From an uncultured virus (IMG/VR IMGVR_UViG_3300025087_000039) (Duplodnaviria; Heunggongvirae; Uroviricota; Caudoviricetes): 64,000 nt of DNA. The stretch is taken from positions 1-64,000 of the IMG/VR virus record IMGVR_UViG_3300025087_000039; one strand, written 5' to 3'. This document shows positions 48,891-58,327 of this stretch, in pieces. Within the stretch, counting starts at the first letter, position 1, and each line of letters opens with the position of its first letter. Position numbers and translations under genes: made by a program. A model generated the notes under the pieces. The model did no database searches and had not been told where the DNA came from. It saw nothing but the letters and a program-made list of their open reading frames with translations.

Positions 48891-49786
48891 TGATAGATTA
48901 TAAAAAGTCTTTTGACCTATTGAGAGGAACAACAAATTTAATTGACCTTACAAAAAAAGATTTAGATTTTTATTCTATCCCAGAAAATTCAACAAAAAAT
49001 CTTTTTGCTTTTTTAAAAATAAATGAAAAAAGAATTTTACATATTGCTAAAGAACCTATTTTTAAACTTTTTAAAGAAGAAAATTTAGACATGTTTAAAA
49101 TTGTTGAATTTGAAAATTACTTATTACCAATCACTTTAAATATTAAAACTGAGCAAATAATTTTAAATTTAAAACCATTTCATGTATCTGAGTTTAGTCG
49201 AATAAATATTCAAACTCTTTATGCTATGATTTTATATGGGGTATCCTTTCATAGATTTATTTATGGCATTTCTCCGATAAAACCTTTGTACGCATCGGCT
49301 ATTATAAATTATTATTTATCTGTTATGATCAGATTATTTGGAAAAGATTATGGACTTTTAGGTATTTATTCTTCTGAGATTCCAAAGTTGAAATTTCTTT
49401 TAGGGGTATATATTTATCAATCATTTTTTCATGAGAAAGCTGAGAAGTCTTATATTTTATCTTCTTCATTATCTTTGGTTAATTATAAGGAAATAAAAAA
49501 GGAATTAGACACTTTAGATTTTTCTGATATAAGGGCTTTGATAATTTCCTTATCAAGATTTAAAGTCATGCCAGGTTTAGATCAATATAAATTTACATCT
49601 AAATTTTTAAAATTATTTGGGGTAAATTTTTTACCAAGTCTTGAAGATCTTAGCAGATTTTGTTCATCAATTTTTGCTTCCACTGTTAAAAGTTCAAATT
49701 TAATTCCTAATTTTATTTCGAAATATAATGAGAATGAATATATTAAAATAGGTCTATTACAAAAAGAGGTTTTTAAAATAAAATGA
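48890..49786 (+). CDS. Hypothetical protein
   Basis: 298-aa ORF. Confidence 0.65.
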   Translation: MIDYKKSFDLLRGTTNLIDLTKKDLDFYSIPENSTKNLFAFLKINEKRILHIAKEPIFKLFKEENLDMFKIVEFENYLLPITLNIKTEQIILNLKPFHVSEFSRINIQTLYAMILYGVSFHRFIYGISPIKPLYASAIINYYLSVMIRLFGKDYGLLGIYSSEIPKLKFLLGVYIYQSFFHEKAEKSYILSSSLSLVNYKEIKKELDTLDFSDIRALIISLSRFKVMPGLDQYKFTSKFLKLFGVNFLPSLEDLSRFCSSIFASTVKSSNLIPNFISKYNENEYIKIGLLQKEVFKIK

Positions 49787-50556
49787 AAGATAATAGAGAA
49801 ATACAAAATGAATCCTTAGTTTTGGTGGTTGGATCTATCGCTGTGTTGTCAAGTATTATTGGCATGATATCTTTTATTTTAACTTTATTTTCAAGTAAAA
49901 AAATAAGTCCAGATAAAAATCTAACTGATCAATTAAATAAAGTTTTAGTTCCTTTAGGAAAGAAATTTGAGGTTAGAATTGTAAAAGAAAAAACTCCAAA
50001 CGCCTTTATTATCGGGCCTAAAGTAATTTTTGTAACATCTGGCCTTGTGGATATTTTAACCCCAAGGGAAGTCATTTCAGTTTTATTACATGAGGTTTGG
50101 CATGTCTTAGATTTACATATATATAAAGATTTATCTTATAAATATATAATTTTTTATTTGGCAGCATTTGTAGCAATTTCTTCGAATGCAGTTATCCCCT
50201 TTTCTGGAATAATAGCTTTTTCACTTTCTTGTTTTATATTTGAAATTCCATATAAATTGATTTTTGGTCGAAAATATGAAAAGATGTCTGATAGTTATGC
50301 TTCCAAATATGGATATGGAGATGAGTTAATATCTTCACTTAAAAAACTTGATAAGGTTTATACAAGATTGATAAATAGTCAACAATGTGGTTTTATTTGT
50401 AAAGTCGAATCAAAAATAACAAATGAGTTAGGAGAACACCCTTCATTACAAACACGAGTTGAAAATTTGTTAAAATCAAAAGAATTAGAGGAGGCTGCAA
50501 AAACAAATAATTTAAGCAAATTTAAAAACATAGCCATAGGTTTTTTTAAGAAATAA
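49783..50556 (+). CDS. M48/HtpX-like membrane zinc metallopeptidase
   Basis: PNAF, VTSGL, LLHEVWH, E..SD.YA, HPSLQTRV. Confidence 0.85.
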   Translation: MKDNREIQNESLVLVVGSIAVLSSIIGMISFILTLFSSKKISPDKNLTDQLNKVLVPLGKKFEVRIVKEKTPNAFIIGPKVIFVTSGLVDILTPREVISVLLHEVWHVLDLHIYKDLSYKYIIFYLAAFVAISSNAVIPFSGIIAFSLSCFIFEIPYKLIFGRKYEKMSDSYASKYGYGDELISSLKKLDKVYTRLINSQQCGFICKVESKITNELGEHPSLQTRVENLLKSKELEEAAKTNNLSKFKNIAIGFFKK

Positions 50557-50559
50557 AAA

Positions 50560-51510
50560 ATGAAAAAACTAGATATTAAACAAGGGGTTTATGGGTTTTA
50601 TAGAGCGAGGGTTGTTAATAATAAAGATCAACAAAAATATGGAAGAGTGTTAGTTTGGATTCCAGATTTAATGTCAAATATTCCTGATGATCAAGGGATA
50701 TTTGCCAGACCCGCAAATAATCCGATGGGAGGGCGAAACACAGAATCTTCAAGTGATTGTTATTATTCAGGAACTTCATATAATCCTAAGGTTGGCTCAT
50801 GGGTTTGGATATTTTTTGAAGGAGGAAATCCTTCTAATCCTTTTTATTTTGCATCTTTAGATTTAGAAAATGCTAAAGTTTTACCGGAGTGTCAAGTTGG
50901 AACAAATTACGAAGATAAGTGGGTTATTTTTAAAAGTTCAAATGGAAGATGCATTGTTGTATCAGATGACCCATATGATCAAAGAGTTGAAATAACTGGA
51001 AAGAAAAGAAATATTTCAAATCCTCCTTCTGGAGATACAAATTCAGTTTATGAAATTGATGGAAATCAAACCACAATTTTATTAGATGAAAGAACAGGAA
51101 AAGAAAAAATTTTGGTAAGAACTTATAAAGGAGATTTTATAAATATTAATGTTTCAGATAGAAAATTGGAAATGTCTTTTGATAATGACATTACAATTAA
51201 AACCAATGGAAATTTAAATATTATAACTGGGAAGAATTTAAATATTAAATGCAATCGAAATATTCAAATACAATCTATATTAAATATTGGAATTAGAGCT
51301 GGGTTAAATTGTTTTGTCCAGGGAACATCGGGAATGAATATTAAAAGTTTATCAAGTTTAAATATTCAATCAACTACAAATGTCGATGTTTTGACAAGTG
51401 GAATTGTTAGCTTACAAGGTTCTTTAGTTCGAGAGCAAATGGGAGCGACTCCAGCTTTATCTCCTTCGACGGTAACCATAAATAATCCAGAAGGGGATAG
51501 GGATTCATAA
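50560..51510 (+). CDS. Baseplate spike (gp5/VgrG OB-fold plus beta-helix)
   Basis: YRARVVNNKD...GRVLVWIP, PKVGSWVWIFFEGGNPSNP, C-terminal 8-residue repeats. Confidence 0.85.
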   Translation: MKKLDIKQGVYGFYRARVVNNKDQQKYGRVLVWIPDLMSNIPDDQGIFARPANNPMGGRNTESSSDCYYSGTSYNPKVGSWVWIFFEGGNPSNPFYFASLDLENAKVLPECQVGTNYEDKWVIFKSSNGRCIVVSDDPYDQRVEITGKKRNISNPPSGDTNSVYEIDGNQTTILLDERTGKEKILVRTYKGDFININVSDRKLEMSFDNDITIKTNGNLNIITGKNLNIKCNRNIQIQSILNIGIRAGLNCFVQGTSGMNIKSLSSLNIQSTTNVDVLTSGIVSLQGSLVREQMGATPALSPSTVTINNPEGDRDS

Positions 51511-51512
51511 AA

Positions 51513-51815
51513 ATGAATAGAGCGACATTATCGAGCATAGGAACGGGAACGTGTTGTTGCCACTCAGACCCTCCTTGCATTCCTATGACCGGTTTTATAA
51601 TTTCAGGAAATTCTTCGGTTCTTGTTCAGGGCCTTCCAACTGGGGTAGTTTCAAGTATTATTATAGGAACTTGTGGACATGTGGGCGTTGTTGTTTCAGG
51701 GTCAAATTTAGCCATAACTGGTGGGGTGCCAATTGCTAGAATCAGCTCAACTTTTGTTGGGTGTTTTACCGGATTAATTGTGACTGGAGCGGCGAATGTT
51801 TTGGTTGGAGGCTAA
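51513..51815 (+). CDS. PAAR-like spike tip protein
   Basis: 100 aa with CCCH, three G-x-I-x-SG repeats, CGH; follows the spike gene. Confidence 0.75.
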   Translation: MNRATLSSIGTGTCCCHSDPPCIPMTGFIISGNSSVLVQGLPTGVVSSIIIGTCGHVGVVVSGSNLAITGGVPIARISSTFVGCFTGLIVTGAANVLVGG

Positions 51816-53057
51816 ATGGCTGTTATTAGAAATCAAGATAATTTCACAGACCCTCTTCAATATATAAGAGACCAATTATTTATTTTAGATTATAATAATT
51901 CTTCAGATAAAGAAATTTTAAAGATGAAAATTTGGGTATTGGATGGTTTATTTTTAGAAGAGGATGGAGGCATTTTATCTGACATTGATATTCAAAATCC
52001 AAAAAATCATTTTGAGTGGCTTTTAAATGAACTTTCTTTTTTAGATTCATATATTAAAACAACCGAAGGAACTTTGACAGATGGAGAATTAAATTTTACT
52101 GAATTAAAGCAATCAAGAATTGACTCAATGTCGAATTGGGTAATTACAATTAATCCTTCGACTGGGCAATATTTTAAAGATTATGAAATGCCATATAGTA
52201 ATAGACCGACCCTTTTATCTGATCTTCAATTTCAAGAATTATATCAACTATTTATTTTAAAAAGAACTAGTGGAGAATGGACAACAGCAAATAATATTAT
52301 AGATTTGATAACGACATATTGTATAGACCAAGAATCTTTTCAAGCCGAATATATGTATTTAAATTATGAAGATCCAGCGGATACATATCAAAAAATTTTA
52401 GATCAAGCCTCTGATAATAAAGAAAAAAATGATTATAATTATGTTTTGAATATGAATGAGATCTATGATGAGATGATGGGGATAATCAATTTTGTTTATG
52501 AGGACTCAACTTCTTTTGATGAAATATATTTAGTTAACACCCCACAAATTAGAAATCAAATTGCTTTGGTTGCGGGAAGTCCAACACATAAAGGAATTAT
52601 TTTAGCCGGCGGCGGATATAGATTTCAATGGATGGATATTTTTGGAAATGTCATTTCTGAACCTCATCCTGGAATGACAATTTCAGCAACAGATTGGCTT
52701 ATGGGAACTGTTGAATGGAATTTTGATTATTTTAAATTTGTTGGATATACGACGTTAACAAATACGATAGAAGATTTTTCTCCAGTTTGTGGAAAGGATA
52801 GATTGCCAAATGGAGAAGACACTTCTGGGTCTTTAACCATTGAAAGATTTGAAGAATTGAATAACAGATGGAAAAATATAAATAATTTAAGAGAAGATGA
52901 AATTACAAATATAGGAACTCGTGTTATAATTGAGTCAATGGTAAATGCAGTTATTCCAGATCTTCTTCCTGATCGTTTGCAACATTTTAATGACAAAAAG
53001 ATTCAAAAAACTTATTATACAAATATTATAAAAGAAAAACGTTCTGAGTTTTCTTAG
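51816..53057 (+). CDS. Hypothetical (probably virion) protein
   Basis: 413-aa acidic ORF after PAAR. Confidence 0.6.
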   Translation: MAVIRNQDNFTDPLQYIRDQLFILDYNNSSDKEILKMKIWVLDGLFLEEDGGILSDIDIQNPKNHFEWLLNELSFLDSYIKTTEGTLTDGELNFTELKQSRIDSMSNWVITINPSTGQYFKDYEMPYSNRPTLLSDLQFQELYQLFILKRTSGEWTTANNIIDLITTYCIDQESFQAEYMYLNYEDPADTYQKILDQASDNKEKNDYNYVLNMNEIYDEMMGIINFVYEDSTSFDEIYLVNTPQIRNQIALVAGSPTHKGIILAGGGYRFQWMDIFGNVISEPHPGMTISATDWLMGTVEWNFDYFKFVGYTTLTNTIEDFSPVCGKDRLPNGEDTSGSLTIERFEELNNRWKNINNLREDEITNIGTRVIIESMVNAVIPDLLPDRLQHFNDKKIQKTYYTNIIKEKRSEFS

Positions 53058-53066
53058 AGGTATAAT

Positions 53067-53585
53067 ATGAAAATTCCTTTTAAGCCCAGCTTGATGAAAA
53101 CTAGATATCGTAAACCACGATGGATAATTATACATCATACTTCAGAAATATATGATATTCCCTCTTCCAGAATAGACAATGGAAAATATCAATTGCCTGG
53201 AGTTTTAAAAGGCGTTTTAGAAAAAAAGCAAGCTGATATAAATTATCATTATATTATTGAAAAGATTGATGATGATTATCAAGTTTTAGCTGGGAGGCCT
53301 TTTGTTTATATTTGTGAGTGGGATGATATTCCTTTTAATATCAATGAAAATTCTATTCATATTGCATGTTTAGGTTCATATGATTTTAAAATTCCAGAGC
53401 CTCGCCTTTATGAAGTTTTGGCTTATCGTTTAATCAATCCTCTCATTCGAGTATTTCACACACTCCGTCCAGAAAAAATCCTCCTTCATAACGAAGTTAG
53501 CACTAATGAAAAAATTACTTGTCCTGGAGAATTTTTTGATAAAGCGATTTTGATTTCAATGGTTAAACGTTTTATCATTAAATAG
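53067..53585 (+). CDS. N-acetylmuramoyl-L-alanine amidase (Amidase_2)
   Basis: IIIHHT, INYHYII, GRP, NENSIHI, LHNEV, TCPG. Confidence 0.85.
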   Translation: MKIPFKPSLMKTRYRKPRWIIIHHTSEIYDIPSSRIDNGKYQLPGVLKGVLEKKQADINYHYIIEKIDDDYQVLAGRPFVYICEWDDIPFNINENSIHIACLGSYDFKIPEPRLYEVLAYRLINPLIRVFHTLRPEKILLHNEVSTNEKITCPGEFFDKAILISMVKRFIIK

Positions 53586-53650
53586 ATATTTTTTTTCATA
53601 AAAAGAACAAATACAATATCCCCTTTATTTCTTCTTTGACCTCCCGTCTT

Positions 53651-53671
53651 CTATATATATTAATATTTGAG
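53651..53671 (+). promoter_or_regulatory. Putative early phage promoter CTATATATATTAATATTTGAG
   Basis: Third copy of the motif; AGAACAAA also at 53604-53611. Confidence 0.7.
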
Positions 53672-53722
53672 ATCTATATTTATCCATTTCTTTTTTTTTG
53701 AACCCAAAAGAAGGAGGCTAAT

Positions 53723-55156
53723 TTGTTCGAATTTGATCCCAAAGAAAAAGTTGTTAAAATCAGTGATGGATCAACCGAAAGACAAGTTCAATTAATTAGC
53801 TCAACTGTAACCAACAAGTTTTTTATTGTGGAAAATTTTATAAACAATCTTTTAAAGATGTTTGGTGATGAATTTTCAAAATGGTATTTTAATATGATTT
53901 CTGAATATCAAGATAATATGGAAAATAGATTGGAAATTCTTGAAAATAATATTCCAATCATAAAAAAATATGTTGATGATTATATTTTAAATTCTGGTTT
54001 GGATTTTAATAAACATGTTGATTTATCTAAAGCTAAGAAAACAAGTATTTTATTTATGCCTGACGAGATCGAAAAAATAATTAAGCTATCTTCTTATTTA
54101 AAACTTATAGCGATTTTTTCTAATTCAAAAGATAAGTTGAATCAAAATCAATATAAAAAGATTTATAATTTGGTAGCCGATGATGTTTCAAAATCAGATA
54201 TTGCCGTAAAGATTTTTGACTTAATAAAAACAAAAACATTTAGATATAATTTGACAGATAAATCAATGTGGGATTATATTATGGCAATTCGTTGTAAATC
54301 AATTGATATTCATGTAGTTGAGATTTTTAATTTTGTTATGAATAGTATTTTAATTCTTTGTGAAGAAGATAAAAACCCAATCACTTATTTTATTGGGGTT
54401 ACAGATGAATCGGTAAAATGGTTTTTGAGATCAGTTTATAAAGACACAATCGTTTATGAGGATAGTATTTCAACTGAAGATATTTATACCCCAAGTACAG
54501 ATAATTTAAAAACCTATACATATAATAGTGGACTTGGAAGAATTAAGGGCGTTTCATATGAATTGATTTATGACACGATTGAAAAAGAATCAAGTTCTCA
54601 TTTTGATAGCAAGAATGAAGATTTAAAATTATTAGAATTTCAAACAAGAATAGGAAAGTCTGAATTTATTTCTCCCTTGTGTGAATGTTTGACTTTTCCA
54701 GTTCTTTCAAAAATTACAAATATTCCTTATGTACATTTCAAAACTTTATCTCCAGAACATTCTGCGGTGGTTTCAATCTTGGTTAGTAAAATTCTTCAAA
54801 AAGTTTTTGATAATGAATATAAAAATCTCTTTACATTATTGGAATATTATCCAACCGCTTCTCCGGCATTGATGACAACCTATACAATAAAGTCAGTTAA
54901 AGAATATATAGAAAAACAAAATGATTCAACCTTTTTTGGATTTAAAACCAAAGTCTTTTTATATAATACTTTAAGTTATTTTATAGGAAGAATTTCCAGA
55001 GCTGGCTTTTATCATACGATCACAGGCGCTCCTTTACCAGGTATTCCTTTAACAAAAATTGAGTCTGAGATGATAGAATATTTTAGTGATTATTTCTCTG
55101 GAAAATTAGATGATAAATTTGATAAAATGAAATATATTTTGAATTCATATTTATGA
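53723..55156 (+). CDS. Hypothetical helical protein, candidate RNAP promoter-specificity (sigma-like) subunit
   Basis: 477 aa, TTG start with AGGAGG SD. Size and early-type promoter fit AR9 gp226/phiKZ gp68; homology not verified. Confidence 0.4.
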   Translation: MFEFDPKEKVVKISDGSTERQVQLISSTVTNKFFIVENFINNLLKMFGDEFSKWYFNMISEYQDNMENRLEILENNIPIIKKYVDDYILNSGLDFNKHVDLSKAKKTSILFMPDEIEKIIKLSSYLKLIAIFSNSKDKLNQNQYKKIYNLVADDVSKSDIAVKIFDLIKTKTFRYNLTDKSMWDYIMAIRCKSIDIHVVEIFNFVMNSILILCEEDKNPITYFIGVTDESVKWFLRSVYKDTIVYEDSISTEDIYTPSTDNLKTYTYNSGLGRIKGVSYELIYDTIEKESSSHFDSKNEDLKLLEFQTRIGKSEFISPLCECLTFPVLSKITNIPYVHFKTLSPEHSAVVSILVSKILQKVFDNEYKNLFTLLEYYPTASPALMTTYTIKSVKEYIEKQNDSTFFGFKTKVFLYNTLSYFIGRISRAGFYHTITGAPLPGIPLTKIESEMIEYFSDYFSGKLDDKFDKMKYILNSYL

Positions 55157-55302
55157 CTGGTTGTTTATTTTTTGTTGGACTTTTGTTTATAATTATTGGG
55201 TTAATTATTTCGTTAGGGTTTGAAATTGGAATCGGAATATTTTTAATAGGTTGTTTTATATTTTTTCCAATTTTATTGATCTCAGGAATAGATGATTTGT
55301 GA
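55153..55302 (+). CDS. Small membrane protein (49 aa, absent from the ORF track)
   Basis: ATGA coupling; MTGCLFFVGLLFIIIGLIISLGFEIGIGIFLIGCFIFFPILLISGIDDL. Confidence 0.55.
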   Translation: MTGCLFFVGLLFIIIGLIISLGFEIGIGIFLIGCFIFFPILLISGIDDL

Positions 55303-55693
55303 TAATTGCATTTTAAATAAAATATGTGAAAAAAATTGTATAAATTTGCTAAATCAAATATCTGAAGAATATATTAGTAAAGATAATTTTAATATTTGTC
55401 CTTTATGTGGAATAAATTTTTATGAAAAAATTCATGATATAAATTGTATTGTTTTTACAGATAATAAATTTGTTGAGTTAAAAAGAGACTACCACTCAAG
55501 AGTTAGTTTTACAAGTTTTATTATTGGAATGAAGGAAATTCATATAGGCAGAATGAAAATAAACAATCCTTGTGAAAAGTTTGATAAAAATAATCCAAAA
55601 AATTGTTGGAAATGTCTGAATTATATAGAATATAGTTCAATAACATTGTATTTAATAAATGAAAATAATAATAAAATATACATGGTATTTTAG
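55292..55693 (+). CDS. Cys-rich protein, paralog 1
   Basis: MICDNCILNKICEKNC...CPLCG...PCEKFDKNNPKNCWKC. Confidence 0.75.
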   Translation: MICDNCILNKICEKNCINLLNQISEEYISKDNFNICPLCGINFYEKIHDINCIVFTDNKFVELKRDYHSRVSFTSFIIGMKEIHIGRMKINNPCEKFDKNNPKNCWKCLNYIEYSSITLYLINENNNKIYMVF

Positions 55694-55732
55694 AAGATGA
55701 GAATATAAAAGATACAGAAGGGAACCTTTTTC

Positions 55733-56022
55733 ATGGGAAAAATAATTAAATGTAACCATTGTGAAAAAGAAGTTGAAGAAAATTTTGGAAATTTGGTTCC
55801 TTCTTTTGATAATATTTTAGATCTTGGGATTGTCCCAATAATGTTAGAATTGATATGAAATATATTTATCTCTGTTTTCATTGTTACATGAAAGCGTCAA
55901 AGATGGCACAAGACCTGCAAAAATTTATTGGTGGTGAAGTCACAAACCCAATGCTTCTTCCATTTTCCGGTTTATACAAAGGAGTTAAATTTAGGTTGGA
56001 ACAGAAAGAAAAAAAATTATGA
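55733..56022 (+). pseudogene. Frameshifted Zn-ribbon protein
   Basis: CNHC in one frame, LCFHC in the -1 frame; the 3' part ends in ATGA coupling with the next gene. Confidence 0.5.
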
Positions 56023-56249
56023 AAATATCTAAAAGAACAAAAGAAGTTTTGAGTAATGTTATGGAAGAATTTTTATTTGAGCCAGTCAATAAGATAACAA
56101 TTGAAAATATAAAAGATTATATTAATTATATGACAAATATACCCAAATGTTTTATTGAAGTACGAGTGAAAGATATTAATAAAATTTTGGTTGGATATTA
56201 TGTTTCAGAATTTAAATATCAAGAATTCATTTTATTTTATGATTTGTGA
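56019..56249 (+). CDS. Small protein resembling the tail-sheath C-terminal FLFEP motif
   Basis: MEEFLFEPVNKITIENIKDYI. Confidence 0.45.
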   Translation: MKISKRTKEVLSNVMEEFLFEPVNKITIENIKDYINYMTNIPKCFIEVRVKDINKILVGYYVSEFKYQEFILFYDL

Positions 56250-56634
56250 TAATTGTATCTTAACAAATGTTTGTGGTTTTGAATGTGAAAACTTTATTGA
56301 TAGTATTGAAAAAATTGAACTGATGAGATTAGAAAAAGGAAAATGTCCATTTTGTAATCATATAATATCTAATGGATTTTGTTCATGTGGAATTTTTGTA
56401 TCAAGACTTATTCTTGATTTACCTTATCATAGAGAATGTGGGATTGAACGACGATACCATTTTGGTATTAGATTTAATAATCGAGAGGTTGAAATTTACC
56501 TCTTATATATTGTAAAACCATGTAAAAAGTTTGAAAAAAATAATGCAAAAAAGTGTTTTGACTGTTTAGGTTTTGAGTTTGATATTTATTGTAGATTTTT
56601 AAATTATAAAAATATAATTTCGGCTGTTTTTTAA
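56239..56634 (+). CDS. Cys-rich protein, paralog 2
   Basis: MICDNCILTNVCGFEC...CPFC...PCKKFEKNNAKKCFDC. Confidence 0.75.
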   Translation: MICDNCILTNVCGFECENFIDSIEKIELMRLEKGKCPFCNHIISNGFCSCGIFVSRLILDLPYHRECGIERRYHFGIRFNNREVEIYLLYIVKPCKKFEKNNAKKCFDCLGFEFDIYCRFLNYKNIISAVF

Positions 56635-57017
56635 TGATTTGTGATAATTGTATTTTGAAAAAAGTATGTAAAAAAAGTTGTATAAATTTTTTAGAACAAT
56701 TATCTCAAGAATATATTTTTGAAGAAAAATATGTATTATGTCCATTTTGTGGACAACCATTTAAAGAAATATCACCAAAAAACTGTAAGGTTTTTACATC
56801 ATTATTTTCTAGCCTTCGAGATTGTCACTCTGATATAGTTTGTACGCGTTTTCTAGGACATATGCTATTACGTATTTATAGAATAAATATAGAAAAACAT
56901 TGTGTTAATTTTGATAAAAATGATCCAAAAAAATGTTGGAATTGTATAGGTTATATATTGAGTGATAAGACAACTTTATATTTAAAAAATAAAAATAAGT
57001 TATATATGATATTTTAA
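56634..57017 (+). CDS. Cys-rich protein, paralog 3
   Basis: MICDNCILKKVCKKSC...CPFCG...HCVNFDKNDPKKCWNC. Confidence 0.75.
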   Translation: MICDNCILKKVCKKSCINFLEQLSQEYIFEEKYVLCPFCGQPFKEISPKNCKVFTSLFSSLRDCHSDIVCTRFLGHMLLRIYRINIEKHCVNFDKNDPKKCWNCIGYILSDKTTLYLKNKNKLYMIF

Positions 57018-57018
57018 A

Positions 57019-57426
57019 ATGCAATCAAACTTCTTTTGTGATAAATGTATTTTAAGAATCAATTGCTTCTCTTTTTGTGATTTATTTTTTGACCAAATTT
57101 CCGATAAATGGTTATTTAACAAAAATTTTAATATTTGCCCCCTTTGCGGAAAGAGAATAAAAATTGATTGTCAATGTATGAAAGATGTATATGAAAGTGC
57201 CATTAGTAATCCGAAAGGGAATTGTCACTCTGGAATAATGCAGGCTGTCTTTATATTAAAACATCATAATCGAATAAAAATTTATTATTCTGAAATAGTG
57301 AGACCATGTAAAACATTTTTTAATAAAAATTCAGAAATAAATTGTTGGAGATGTTTTGGATATACATCATTTGGAAGACCATTTAAATTTCTAAAAAATA
57401 AAAATGAAATATTTATCATTTCTTAA
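57019..57426 (+). CDS. Cys-rich protein, paralog 4
   Basis: FCDKCILRINCFSFC...CPLCG...PCKTFFNKNSEINCWRC. Confidence 0.75.
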   Translation: MQSNFFCDKCILRINCFSFCDLFFDQISDKWLFNKNFNICPLCGKRIKIDCQCMKDVYESAISNPKGNCHSGIMQAVFILKHHNRIKIYYSEIVRPCKTFFNKNSEINCWRCFGYTSFGRPFKFLKNKNEIFIIS

Positions 57427-57452
57427 AACAAATATATCTTTGAAAGGATAGG

Positions 57453-58325
57453 ATGAAAAACACCGTTGGAGTTATAGTCGGAAGATTTCAAGTTGATAAA
57501 CTCCATGAAGGACATGAAGAATTGATTCGATTTGTATTTAATGAACATACGAAAGTTATTATTTTTATTGGAATTTCTCAAGCTAAAAGTTCATTTCGAA
57601 ATCCATTAGATTTTGAAAATCAAAAACAAGTGATTTTAGAAAAATTTCCAAAAGCTATCGTTTCATATATTAGAGATGAATATTATGATAAAGTTTGGTC
57701 TAAAATCTTAGATGAAAAAATCTATGATATTATTGGCCCAAATGAGGAGCCTATTTTATATGGGGGCAGAGATAGTTTTATTTCTTTTTATTCCGGAAAA
57801 TATTCTCATGTAACAGTCGATAGTAATTCTAAAAAATCAGGAACTAAAATTAGAGCACATATAGGAAAATCAATTCTACAAGATTCAGCTTTTCGTTCTG
57901 GTATAATTTGGTCTTCACAAAATAGATATATCAATCCAATCCCTACTGTAGATATTGCAATTTTAAATGAAGAAAATACAGAAATTCTTTTATGTCGAAA
58001 ACCAAATTTAGATAAATTTCAATTTATTGGTGGTTTTGTTGACCCAGGAGAAACAATCGAATCTGCGGCAAAAAGGGAAACTTTTGAAGAAACTGGTCTT
58101 GAAGTTTCCTCTATTCAATATATTGGAAGTTGTGTAATTGATGATTGGAGATATAGAAATGAGCCTACAAATATTATAACGACATTATTTAAAACAATTA
58201 GACTTTTTGGGAAGGCAACCCCAAGGGATGATGTTGAAGAATTGAAATGGTTTAAAATTGAAGATTTTGAAAAATATGTAATTCCATTTCATTTTCCCCT
58301 TGTTGGACTTTTGAAAGGACTTTAG
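57453..58325 (+). CDS. nadM: Bifunctional NMN adenylyltransferase / Nudix ADP-ribose pyrophosphatase
   Basis: VGRFQ..LHEGH (HxGH), RNPL, SGTKIR; Nudix box GGFVDPGETIESAAKRETFEETGL. Confidence 0.9.
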   Translation: MKNTVGVIVGRFQVDKLHEGHEELIRFVFNEHTKVIIFIGISQAKSSFRNPLDFENQKQVILEKFPKAIVSYIRDEYYDKVWSKILDEKIYDIIGPNEEPILYGGRDSFISFYSGKYSHVTVDSNSKKSGTKIRAHIGKSILQDSAFRSGIIWSSQNRYINPIPTVDIAILNEENTEILLCRKPNLDKFQFIGGFVDPGETIESAAKRETFEETGLEVSSIQYIGSCVIDDWRYRNEPTNIITTLFKTIRLFGKATPRDDVEELKWFKIEDFEKYVIPFHFPLVGLLKGL

Positions 58326-58327
58326 AC

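Noticed and set aside
55292..57426. Diversity-generating retroelement behind the Cys-rich paralogs
   Set aside because: No reverse transcriptase and no near-identical TR/VR pair with adenine-specific differences
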